Position numbers and translations under genes: made by a program. Shown one piece after another: positions 36,044-48,800 of a stretch of DNA of 64,000 nt. The notes beneath the pieces are model-generated. The model was not told where the DNA came from. It searched no databases and was given only the letters and a program-made list of their open reading frames with translations. Source of the stretch: Lepidodermella squamata (lineage: Eukaryota > Animalia > Gastrotricha); NCBI GenBank assembly GCA_047495785.1, contig JBLDXI010000042.1, positions 3,596,001 to 3,660,000 of the forward strand, read 5' to 3'. Numbering within the stretch: position 1 is the stretch's first letter; every line of letters starts with the position of its first letter.

Positions 36044-38942
36044 GTTAAAATTTCACCGAGGAAGAGTTTCTTCGATTTTGGCGCTAAAAACCGCAGACCT
36101 CTAGTTGAAGCAAATCACCAATTGCGTGCAACTGGTAATAGCTCAATAAAATCCGCCTTAAAAAATATACAATTGACCTTTTCTAGGCCTGATATTGTAC
36201 ATCGAGAAATCGATTAGCTTGCCGAAATTGTATGACGCGATGGAAATTATACGGGGATAAAAAATGTTGGACTGATGTTTTCGAATTATAGGATGGACAT
36301 TTCAAAAGTAAAATTCGAATTTTCGAAAATTTGGCAAAAATTCTGAGCCGATCAGTCAAAATCAAAAGTTCAAACTTTGCCTGAGCGCATGGAGAACGAT
36401 GTTGAGCAGAATCGTCGCCGCAAAACAGCCAAAGCCATCTCGATTTCGCCGGAAATCTCCACCATAAAAGACTTTTGATGGCCAAACTCAGTGGAAGGAA
36501 AGGAAAAAATTTCTCAAAATTTCTCATCAAGCGCCCAACAAAAATTACCTCCAAAGGTTTTACGATCATCAAAATTACGGCCCCATCTGGCAATTTCAGT
36601 CGAATAGAACGAGACCTGCCTATATGTTGTCGAAAGTTGAAGCTTGTAATTTTCAGCAAACGCGAGACAGGTAATTTTTAAAGGAATACCCCGAAGCAAT
36701 TTGAAACTGAAGATAGGAATATCGATAAACTGATGGCGAAACCAGAACCTTTGCCTCGCCTCGCCAAAACGTAGGAGAGCCTACACAAAAATTTGAAAAA
36801 ATCTTGTTTTAATCGGAAAATAGCATACAAATGATCTATCATATCCTATAAAATCCTGAATTTTAAAATTTTCTGACTCGGAAAATGGGCTAAAAATTAT
36901 CCATCAATTTTTAATTAACCGCTCGATTATCGTATGCCGTAGTGCTAGCTCGAAAAAATCTGCCCCTCATTACCTATGAACTGGTAATTAATTATACACG
37001 CCAGGTCAACTGATGATTTTCCTCTTCTCAACGTTCACAAGCCAGCATGTCTCCACCAATTGTGGAAAACAATATCTCAAACTTCATTCACTGGCAACAA
37101 CCAGCCAACAAGCTGCTGATCTATCGAATCGCCAACTTTTATTCCGGCTGAACACATAAACCATTCTTCTCAACTTCGAATCTAGCTTCTAAAATCTGAA
37201 AACTCTCGATTAGTGGTGAAATATGCTTCGAACTTGAATGTGACCTCATATTATAAGGCTTTGCAAGAGACAAACATTTAAATTATTATTACTGTGCTTC
37301 CATCGGGTGAAATTCTCACCACTGCCTTCAATCGCTCTAATCATGAAGCCAGAAAGCGACGCAAAATGTACACCGAGAGAAAATGATCCCCGCTTTGTTG
37401 GCTCGATCGGTTTTTTATATTGACAACTACTTCGATCCAAGCTCCCAGCCCATTTGTCGAACCTATCCCGCTTAAAGAATGATATCCTCATCTTGAAACA
37501 CTGGATTTATAGGCTATGCCGTTTCTGCTATAATTGGCGGGAAATGCTTCGGAAAAAAATAACAAGGAGGCATTCCATATTGGTTACCTTGCCGAAGCGT
37601 GAGAGTTCGTGAGAGCTTCTGAGTTTTTCCGGCTTCAACTTGGCTACTTTTCTCGTTTCAGAAGTTACAGAATAATAAAATGACTACGATCATGAATCAA
37701 TGCGGCAAATAATATAAGCCGTCTCTTATTCAATCGATCGCGCTCTACGGCCAATGAGATAACTGAATTAATTTCTACAAATCATTGATCTGAACACAAT
37801 CGTCATTCCCGAATACGAACCCCCGTTAAAGCTGAATGTAAACATTTTCTCATTTTTTTCACGAACGGAAGTCGAAAGACAAAATCCTCCGTGACTTTTT
37901 CGCCAAGTTTGAAATTCTTTCGTTAAAAATTTTTAAAGTTATTGAAAATTCGGAAAATTTGTTTTTCGGGTTATACTATGAAATATTTGAAAGTTGGCTT
38001 CTCTTCGGCAGAAAACCCGAAATACTGATATGGGAATCTTTCACGGAAAAAAAATTACCTGTTGCGGAACCAAAATTTTAAATTTAAATTTTCTACAAAT
38101 TTTTCTCTTATAGTTTCAGGCCTAATTGATATTTTAGAAATAAAATTTAAATTTATTAGTAGAATTCTAAAAAATTAAGTAAGATGCTGGGGGTCCTCGC
38201 CTATAGCCTATAGCGGTCGGCCTCGTTTCTAAATTTCCATGATTTGAAAAGCAATTAACTTAAGTAAGTTTCGAATAAAAAAGGATAAAAAGCGTTACCT
38301 ACTTGACGACTCAGCTGGATATATTATGTGAAAATCCGCACCGCCTCTAAAATAAAAATGTCAAACCCGATAAGAGTTTCATATTTTCATTTACCAATGA
38401 CGAACTCGACCAATCATATTGTCGCCTGCGATATCAATTGCCGATTCGCCAACGATTTCAACTGTCCTTCGTTGTTTGAGCTGCCTAACTTAATCATACA
38501 TAGAATAGGTCTTCTAATCGCGGGAAAAGGGCGCCAGATTGTTGCGCGACCGCTGTGAGCTGAAAGCCTTGTTTACCTAGAAGTCAGCTCTCAGCTACCG
38601 TAATCGAAACCTGTTTGTTTTGAATGATTGCAAATCGGGTATTGCTCAAAAAAGTTTCCGAAAATTCAACCAAAAGAATGCAAAGTGATTCCTTATGTCC
38701 ACGCAAATTCCCCGAGATATTTCCCGATTTCAACTGATTTTCGCAATTTAAAACTTGAGGCTAACCTTGATGGACAATTAGCGGTTAATTATGAACGCTC
38801 ATGATGGGTCAAATTTTGTGACTCAATAATTATTCAGCTGAGTTCAACGGACCATGTCTTGGCGGACGACACTAATCCCCCCTTATATCCTAACCATCGA
38901 AGTGTGCCGCTTGATTGCCAAGTGTAACAAGGGGAAGCTAAT

Positions 38943-40783
38943 GGGGCGTATGTTGGAACCTTCCTTATGTTGGATTAAGGTTTAAGGTTCAAGTTTTCCT
39001 CTCATTTCCAAAGCAACCATTGTTGCGTATTGGGACTCACCATTGTTCGCGTATATAAAATGGAGCAATAGAAGAAAATTCCTATGTTCGATTAAAAAAC
39101 CTATGTACCAATGAGAGAAAATTTGCAGGTTTTAGAGGTTTTATCCGCTAAACCTGGTTTAAACTCAGAATTTTTCAAACCATGTACGAGGAGGTTTACA
39201 AAAAAACGGGTATTACGGCCCAATCGGCGGATGGCGCGTCTTATAGCGCCATTGCTCGATGGCGCGGAATTCAAAATTTCGAAAAGTTGAAAGTGCATAT
39301 AATATTTTTATTTCCAATATTCAGTAAAATATCTGAATTTTCGGCAGCTAAATTACTCGCAAAACTTCTCGACCGTCCCGACTATTTCGTTTGCGATCGG
39401 TCAATGATAAACGTTTTCTGCGTTGAATTTATCGCAAGATAATTATTATTCAAAATTATAATATCGCAAATTTCATTTATAATTGGCGAATGCTCAGGTA
39501 GGCTTAAATATAATTTCAGGCATTGAACTATTATATATTATTGTCCCCAATCCGCCCCGTTCGCCAATTTATAAATCGAATTAATTTGCCCAAGTTTATT
39601 TTGTTACGCTCAGGTCATTCGAGCTGAAGTAAGAAATTAGGTCATACTCGTGTTCAGAATTTTAGAGACATTAACAAAATTTCATAATCATAATGGAAGG
39701 TATCAGGTGAGTTTTCATTGGGTTTTCAGCCCAGTTGACCGAATTCCTGAAGCGCTGGATTTCGCCATGATGCACCGGTATTCACTAATATCTAACCGAT
39801 TACGATTATACTGATTAACTATGTACATCTTCGTGGCACAAAAATAGACTAGCTTCAGATCAGCTGCAGATTTCATGAATTTTAGGCCATTTTGGAAATG
39901 CCCAACTACATTTTTTGAGAAGAATAATGCAAAAAAATTCAAAATTCAACAGAAGCTTAATTCACCTGAACAATAATAGCTAGGTGGCCATGAATTCTCC
40001 CCAGCTCAATGGCAAATTCAGAGAGAACTTTTGCCAATTCGCATGATAGTTCAAAAATACTTCTCGCGAGAACTAGAAATGGCGAACTGAATTGGCATGG
40101 TGCAGCAACGCGGCCGCGTTGTCTCACTGTTTCGTAACTATGGGTTGTCCTTTTTTCCAGGGCATATTTTTTCAAATTCAAATGATTTTAAAATTATTTC
40201 AAATTCAGACATGGGGATTCGCCCAAGTTCTTATAATCAATGATGGTTGGTTGCCTCCTTGACATGGCTCCTCGGCGGTGTTTGTGAGAAGCCATTATAA
40301 TTCAGTCGGTTCATAGTTGGCGGAAATTTTTTTCATCAAAATTCAAGGCTAGCTAATTTACAAAGAAAATAGTCTTCGGTCCTGATCGTCCAGCTTTGCC
40401 TCCGGTAGGCCGTCGAGATTCTAAACGTGTATAATTCCTGAATCATTTAATAACAATAATAATAATAAATAGCCAACTGGTTACTGGTTAGCCGTGAAAT
40501 CCTATCAAATTCTTTCTACCTAGTTATTTTTTCATATTGACACCGCGGGAAAAAGCTGAAAAACTCAATCGTTCCATAATATTCTATAATCTCACTTGCT
40601 TCTTGCAGATGACACATTGAAAATTAAAAAGGGACGATTTAACAATTGGTTTTAGAAATTATATAGGACAACACTAGAAAAGTGTCCCGGAGTAATTGGA
40701 TTTTTAGAAAGATCTCGGCTCAAGTTTTAGCCTAACTTAGGAAAAGATACGGAAAGTTTAAGCTAGATTCCAACATAACCCCC
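38943..40783 (+). mobile_element. 1.8 kb non-autonomous PIF/Harbinger-type element, copy 1
   Basis: TIR GGGGCGTATGTTGGAA / TTCCAACATAACCCCC with 3-bp TSD AAT. Near-identical to the two other copies. Confidence 0.92.
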
Positions 40784-41200
40784 AATGAGACTAACTATGA
40801 CCCAGAATTGAGCGGTCAAGTTGTGGTACTTGAATGTTTGTAACTGCCTGAGCTATTAAGCTAAAGAGCTCAAGTGTGTATAGTAGGTCATTAGATGGCT
40901 CTTTTCAGTAGGAATCACCTATGACATACCTTCAATCTAGTTCGAAACGCTGGTTCGCTAAACTTTGGTCTGCTGGCTTAGCAACTACGGATGTTAACTT
41001 ACTCTAAAGACTATTAAAAAAATCGACAACTTCAGGCAAAGAAAAACACAGGTAAAAAAGCATGATATAAAAAGAATTTGTCAAAAATTACTAACGGCTT
41101 CCTGTAAAAGCGAGTTGTAGAGAGGCAAAATTGTCGCCCTATATGGGAAAAAATTATGAGCGAAATTCGGGATGAGCACTTGATCCTTTGTTGAGATTAT

Positions 41201-41595
41201 TAGAGCAGGAATCCCTAATTTCGGCTGCTTCCTAAATTCGGTCGCTGCGACCTAACTTCGGCCACTGGCCACAATTTGGACATCAAGTGCTGTGTGCAGA
41301 AGTTTTTTTGCCCGCAACTTGCATTGTTGAGCCAATCTGTTTCATGATTTTTCAAGGACATAATCGCAAAAAAATAATTCTAAATGCGGGCGAGGGGCCT
41401 CATGTCGCTTATCGAGTGCTTTATATAACCATAAACATAAACACCTGAGTTACAGGAATGACGGAAAAGCCCCCTGGTAAAGCAATAAAGGCCATTTCCA
41501 CGCTAAGCTTGCCGATACGAATTTAACGGTATCAAACTTAAGGTATATTAACGTAACTGGATGAGGTGGCCGAAATTAGGGCATCCGGTTCTCTA
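41201..41595. mobile_element. MITE of about 395 bp; a related partial copy lies at about 55675-55865
   Basis: Imperfect TIR TAGAG..CCCTAATTTCGGC / GCCGAAATTAGGG..CTCTA. Subterminal CCTAA.TTCGG repeats. Confidence 0.7.
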
Positions 41596-42511
41596 ATTCC
41601 GGCCTGGAGTCTAGGTGTCTTTAAAATTAGCCATAAATCAAGGTAAACTCGTCCAGACTTGCGGAAACCGGCATTCGATAGCCTTAGAACTCCCCCACAA
41701 TTATGTATTCGCCGAATATTTTATAAAAATTCACCTGGCTGGCAAAGTAGGAAAAACCCGAAAAGTGGCGAATTTAGGCCGGGATGCTCCATATTGAACA
41801 TTGTTCCTGTGGAATTCGGGTGTTTCTATGCAAAAATTGAGCTTGAAGTTGTAAAAGTTTGTTGATTTTAAACCGTTTCATCCCCGGCTTATATCCCCAT
41901 GAGCGGAAAAAATAAGAAACCGGAGGTTCTGATTATTTAAGGTGGGTGATGAGAGTAAAGAAAAGCATCCAATAATTGAATGACTATTACCGAGCTGGGT
42001 TCAGATTAATTGCGTTCATTGAGCGTTTTTTGCTATTGATATTATTCTTTTAATTGATTAATTACATAAATTTTAAACAATTCACCTTGGCGCGTGCCGG
42101 GCGAAATAGAGGTCAGTTCAAACTGGCCAAGCGCCACCTCTCAGCTTGATTTCCGTGTTGCGTAACGCGATTTTTTATTATTAATTAATTAAGTATTGAA
42201 GTTAAATCTCGTGCCGAAATAGCAGCGCGCGAAAAGGAACCTGTTTCGGACTTATGGATCAGAGCGGTCAGGCGCCACCTCAGCCTGGTTACCCTGTTGC
42301 GTAACGAAAATAATGGAATATAATTAAATATTAATTAAAATAATCGCCCATGCGCGTGCAGAGGGCTGCGCGCGAAAAAATAACCTCGTTACTTCCAAAA
42401 CAAAGCTTGCGTATTTAAACCCCGCCATGTCGAGCTATCGTTTCATCACTTTTTCATTAGTCTTTTATTTTACGTTATATAGTATCTATCGCGATTTTAG
42501 TTTAGTAAAAT

Positions 42512-45348
42512 ATGCGGCGTATAATATTCGCTTTACTGATAGCGTCAGGCGCCTTTGCCGAGCTGGATTATCGCGCTGCCATCGTGGAAACATATTACCG
42601 AGCGCTGAGTGAAGCGAATACCGAAGATCTGCCGACGCTTCAGGCCGGACCCGTTCGACCCATGACGTACTTCCTCGACAATTCCCTTGGTAAGATTACC
42701 TGCCTCTAAAATTCCTCAGTTCAATTGACAATTGTTAAATTTGTTACAGACCCGACAGAAAAAGATATGGTTGACGCTGCCTACGACCAGTGGCGTGGCC
42801 CCTGCTTAAATGTGACTAAGCTATTGAACGACTCAGGAGCGACTGGCTACGTCAGAATTAAGCACGTTGCAAAGTGAGCTTACCGTTGATCTTGATATGC
42901 AAATATTGATAAATGTCAACCTTTTTATAGTGCCTCTCTAATTGGCGAACCATCGTACAACCCTCAGCCATTCGTATTGACAGGCTTCTCTTTCAACAAA
43001 GACGGAAGTGTAAGGCTTGATCAGACATTAGCTTTTTGATACATCCTGTTATCATTCAGTATGGTACGTTCCTGTTTGCCATTGGTATCGCCCAATTCGG
43101 TATGCCGGTTGAGCTGACAAGGTCTGATAGGGGTACTCACATCTCCGTCATCACAAATGATTTAGGGTAAGATCGGATATGTTATACTGAGTCGCTCTGA
43201 ATAACTTCTCCTTTATTTTAGATACGGTATCGATGGTTCTGCTCCAATCGACCAGCCGTGGGAATATGATTCAATCATGATGTATAGCACAGCATACAAA
43301 GAAGGCGCAGGCTACAAGTACACAACCTTCGACCCCTACCAAATGTTCACCGTTGGGCAAAACAAATACGTCACCTTCCTCGACTACAAAAAGGCGCAAC
43401 TGTATTACGGATGCACACGTGAGTTACGCAAGCTTATTTTTTTTTATTAAATTATTCGAAACAGCAAAAATTAAGGCATTTGAGTCTTTTGAGGTAGATG
43501 GGAGCCTTCTAGAGGTCTTTGTTCAAAATCCTTAAGAAAAACTGAGTAAGAACATCTAGGAATCCAATAATTATCACTCTTCAAGACAGTACACTTTATG
43601 CCATGCTGGAAAATGCAGCAAATAGGCCAAATCCCACTTTTCACTTGTGAAGGATCAGCATGCTCTATTGTTTGTTTGCCATCCTAGTTTGCCCAACCAG
43701 CACCTGCTTAAATGGTGGTTATTCGTGGAGTAATTCATGCGGCACTTGCATCTGCCCGCCTGGCCTCACCGGCACCAACTGCGAAACTCGACTTGATACC
43801 ACCCCTACATGCGGCGGTGACATTATCGTCAACGGTTGTGGAAAGCAAACCATCAGCCTGCCGTCTTACGCTGCGAATACCGAATGCGTATGGAAGGTCT
43901 CGACAGATGTGAGTTTTGGCATTTGATTCCCTTTTTCGATGTCACATTTTGCTACTTCAAAGGTCAACGGTACCGGATTGATTTTCGGTTTCGAAAAACG
44001 ACCTGGTCTACCAGTGAGCCCGTTTGGTAAGTTTATAGTTCTAAAAAGTCATGGAAATTCATTTTTTTTTATTTAAGGTGAAACTTGCGGGGATTTTGTT
44101 ACCATCCGCCGATTTGGGGCAGCCAACTATCCCAGCTCTGTTAGAAAGTAAGCTGTGTTGCGATAATGAACGATGGGACACCTTTATTTTTCGATATAGA
44201 TTCTGTGCTGGAGGCATTACCACTGGCCGAATTTACGAGACTAATGACAAGGAGGCGCTTGTTCACTTCAAATCCGTACTCGGTTCTGCCCAGGCCTATG
44301 GCTTCGATCTTGTCGTCTACGCCACATGCGGCAACAACACGCCGGCAACTTACACCAAGGATTGCGTGTTCACAAACTCTGGCTACGACTACGTCGGATC
44401 GCTAACCGAGGCAGCTGACAAAACCCCGTGCCAGAACTATGCCACGACCGAACCAGCTCACCTGTTCCAGTACGACTTCCCGGGAGGCGTTACCACGGGC
44501 AACCTAAATAAGTGCCGCAACCCGAGCGGAGAGGCTTCATGGCTCCAGTGCCCCGTCAATGGTAATATAATGAAGAACTGCTCTAATGCTCCTAAGTGTA
44601 AGTAGAAATTGTCGATTCACCCCAAAAGTGACGCCAATGCTTTCTGCTTTTTTAAGGCATACCTCAGACGCCACCAGAAAAGTGGATCCGCTGTGTTAAT
44701 ACCGATAATCTGCAGTACCAAGGCTGCGTTAAAGCAAATCTAGGCTGCCCTCAACCTGAACAGTTCCAACTTGGTACCAGAAAGTTCCCAAGCTACATGC
44801 GCTGCGAGAAAGGAGTAAGCGGTCTAAACCATTGATTTTCTCTTAGTTCAAGTTGTTTCAAGGTCGCCATCCGATGCTTCGACCCTGCTACCAACCTTAC
44901 CCGTTGCATCAACGACAACATGCGATGCTTTCCTAATGAGATTGAGGTACTCTACTGCCAGGTGTTCTCCAACTAACTCGATTATTTATTTTACGAAATT
45001 TCAGTTCAAGAAAAGATTCCGCAGGTTCGAATACTTTGGCCGCAACTACGTCGATTGCCACAACTACGCGCCGAAAGAGGTATTTTACGACTAGGGTGAC
45101 TACAAATCACAGACTTTATTGTGGCCTTTACTATAGGACCATGTTCGCTGCGTCAAGACGGGCACTCCTGAAGTTCGCGACTGCCGCAAAATCTCTCTCG
45201 GTTGCCACCCTGGCGAGGTAAGTCGATTATAATGCTCTACTATTCGGTTACATTTGCTTGTCCCGAACAGACCATGGTCTCACCTGCTTACACCACCATC
45301 AACCGTTGCTACGCTCGCCTTCGCGGTCCTCTCAACATTCCGTTTTAA
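42512..45348 (+). CDS. Inactive astacin-like + EGF + CUB + kringle-like protein, copy 2
   Basis: Same exon structure as copy 1. The zinc-site region reads FLFAIGIAQFGMPVELTRSDR. The C-terminus RLRGPLNIPF* is identical to copy 1. Confidence 0.88.
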
Positions 45349-45844
45349 AACGGGGACCAGTTTCAGCAAAGTTTATCCGATTTCAAGATCATTCTAATTT
45401 ATTCTAAATGACATTTGCCTAGTGATTTTCGAGTCACCATGTTCTTTGATTTATGAAAAGTTTATGATAGTTCGGATTTTTGAACATGTTTATAAATTTG
45501 GTCAGTACAATCTGTAACATATTATATTATCTTATTATGGCCAATAAATTCTACGATACCTATGATGATATGATAAACTTCGGGATTTTTCTTCATACGA
45601 TGAGTAAACGGGTTTTAAAGGCTCTTGAAAGTAGTTCTTCGGTTGGATTCTTCGATATATGTTGGGTCGTCATTCAACTTTTAGCCATTTTCCCATTCAA
45701 ATAGCTTCATTAGATTATATAGTATGTGTGAAATAATCATCATTAAATTATTATTTAGAAGATTTCAATTTTCAGGAGCGAAAAATTTAAACAAATCCTG
45801 GTTTTACTGCTTCTATAATAAATCAGTGTTTTAAAATGTTGTTG

Positions 45845-48800
45845 TTATTGGTAACGATATTCGTCCTCCAGGTGAAGAGAATCCGGCGTCATAACTGCCG
45901 GCGCGACTATGAACAAAATAACAGGAACGCAAAGTATCACCAGGGTGCACACTAAAAACGTCAACGAATCCAAGTGCTTCGCCGTTTTTCGATATAGACT
46001 CGACGCTTTAACCATTTCTGGGAAATAAAATTCAAGAGGATTCAAGTCCACAGTTGAGAAAATGGGATCTTACCTCTGGATCTTTCAGATTTCGTGTCGC
46101 AAGATTCTGGCGGTGGTATGTCATCCTGAGTAGCCAAAAGCAGCCTATGTTGATGTCGAGCTATCAAACTCCGATTCATCTGATCTCTGCCATTGACGCC
46201 GTTCATCATCCCAGGCACAGGATGAGTCAATCCAGCAGCGAATTGAACGCCAATTATTCCTTCAGGCCGGCCGTTGCGGCTTGGAACTGGGGGTTTGACA
46301 TCTTTGACGACTTTCAGGTCGAAAATTCGAATTAGGACAGAAGGCACTTGGATTGTTTCGTCCTTTTTGCTTTTTTTGTCGGCTAGAGCCATTAGGTAGG
46401 AAACAGCGACACAGCTTGCGATGGCTAGGACTGATACGATTGATAGCGCCATCAAATAACGGGCTAACAGAGGCATCGATGATGCCGTCTAGGTTAGGAA
46501 TAACGTTAATGTGCAATAATACCGAACCGGTAGAAGAATATACTCACCTTGGGAAGCTCACTGAAAATGATGGTCTGATAAAGAAAAGTATTTAAAATTA
46601 AAATTAAAATTAGTATTAAATTTCAAGATTTAATTTGGTCTAAATGTATGCTTTAATTGCGGTTCCAGCACCAAAGTTGTCCTATTATATGGAAAAATTT
46701 TCTTTCTCTATCGATATGATGCATCGATATCACTCGATTTTTTATAATTTTACCTTCGTATAGTACCTTCAGAAATTTCCTAAGCTTTCTTAGAGGGCTG
46801 TGATCGAAAGAGTAATAAATTTGTTATAAATTTATTTTTTGCTTATAACGCTAATATAAATCGCTCGCGCTAAGTTTTATGTGCAGCAAAAAATACTGTG
46901 ATTTTTTGCTGCTATTTGCGTTCTAATATTCTCTTACGTTATTCACGTCATTTGGGTCATTTCCTTCATTCATAAATTTTGACATTGCGCGCAAAGGTGA
47001 AACAATGCCCTCGCGGTCTGCATAACCAATGGCCTCAAGACGATGTTCCAACTCTTTTGTTGAAACTGGAAAGCTAGTTTATACCATTTTTCTCAAGAAA
47101 ATAATCGTGATACAAAAACTAACAAAAGCTAACTCCATTTTCAATCCGCCAATAGCCGCATTTTTTGTGCCACAAACTACCTGTATAGGCTGATGCATTT
47201 CTTCTGTGATTTAGATCACAAACTAGACTTCCCCAAATTGACAAATGTACCGTCTCACGCCTTATTTGGCATGATATTGAAGTGCCTCGTAAAAGCTGCC
47301 ATTCCCAAAGATGCAATAGCTAGATTTCAAGCCATTTCAAGTCATCGAATGATTTGTAATTTTTCAAAGGAGAACAATATTTCTCAGGGGTTATGCTAGC
47401 TTCTTATTCTACTGAAAAAGCTGTTTGATATCAGTTAAAAGGTAGCAGGTGTGCGATAAAATTGGATAATAACACGCTATCTATCATCCATCTTGAAACT
47501 CGTGATCCGATTGACCCGTTTATCGGAAACGATATGCTGAAGCTAATGATAATGACTGTAGTAAAGGATGCAATTGAAGCAGCAGAATAAGCAATAATAT
47601 AGCACCATCAATAAAAAGTGTACGATAGATTTTCTTTCTGTGTCGCACTATAACGTCGTTATAATGTTGTTATAAATCTTATTTATGTACGATCACAGCC
47701 CTCTAATAATCGGAAAAAATCACTGATTCATAAAATCGATATCGGAAATCGAAATCGATTTGCAGGTCAACATGTTTCATTGCTAAACTGACCGCTAAAT
47801 TGTAAAATTCGCGCTATACGTTCGGTTTGATAATAAAAATTGAAATTTTGAGGAATAAAACTTGAAACTTGAAAAACCATTCTGACTCAAGTTTAGTGCT
47901 GGAACCCTAATAGAATTCTGAAATATAATAATAAATATCCGTTGAGCATTTTTGCTCAATTGCCAAACCTGTGCTCAATTTGCTCAACGCGTGCTAAAGC
48001 AGTGCACAATATGCGCTCAATTCGTGAACAACTAAAGCCTAACCAGAGGATGAATCATCAAAAAGTGCTCAAAATGTGCTTAACACGTCGTATGACACGC
48101 GTTGAGCACACCAATAATTATTGAAAATATGCCACGTCATTGATCAGTCAATTTCTGGTTCCGATATTAACCCGATACCAGTGGCGCAATCGATTCGATT
48201 GCAGGCGTTGATGGTCAAAGTCACTGGTTCGATTCCCGGTCACGACTGATTTTTTTATTGGTTTTTGGTTTTTTTTTTACTTTCCTTAAATTTTACTGGC
48301 ACATGGCAATACTGCCGAAACCCGAAACTGGCTGTCTGTAGAAAAACGGCCAATGACGGCAGTGATGCCATGTTCCAGTAAAAAAATCAGTCGTGACCGG
48401 GAATCGAACCAGTGACTTGACGGCAAAATAATAAAAATCCACTCTAAATTGGTTTTTTGGGATTGATTTTCACAGCGAACCAGTGGCGCAATCGATTCGA
48501 TTGCAGGCGTTGATGGTCAAAGTCACTGGTTCGATTCCAGGCTCTGACAGATTTTTCTGAATTTCTTTCTAATTTTTAAAAATCGACTGCTCAACGAGTG
48601 CTCGAAGCGAAAATTGGGGGCGTATGTTGGAACCTTCCTTATGTTGGATTAAGGTTTAAGGTTTAAGTTTTCCTCTCATTTCCAAAGCAACCATTGTTGC
48701 GTATTGGGACTCACCATTGTTCGCGTATATAAAATGGAGCAATAGAAGAAAATTCCTATGTTCGATTAAAAAACCTATGTACCAATGAGAGAAAATTTGC

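Noticed and set aside
39101-40181. Short ORFs recurring three times in the ORF track
   Set aside because: They recur only because the 1.8 kb element is repeated. They have no transposase or Myb motifs, and indels differ among copies.
47941-48120. Spaced TGCTCAA repeats, and TTGACCC repeats near 57975-58125, as a CRISPR-like array
   Set aside because: The motifs are short and irregular, the context is eukaryotic and there are no cas genes. They fit transposon subterminal repeats.
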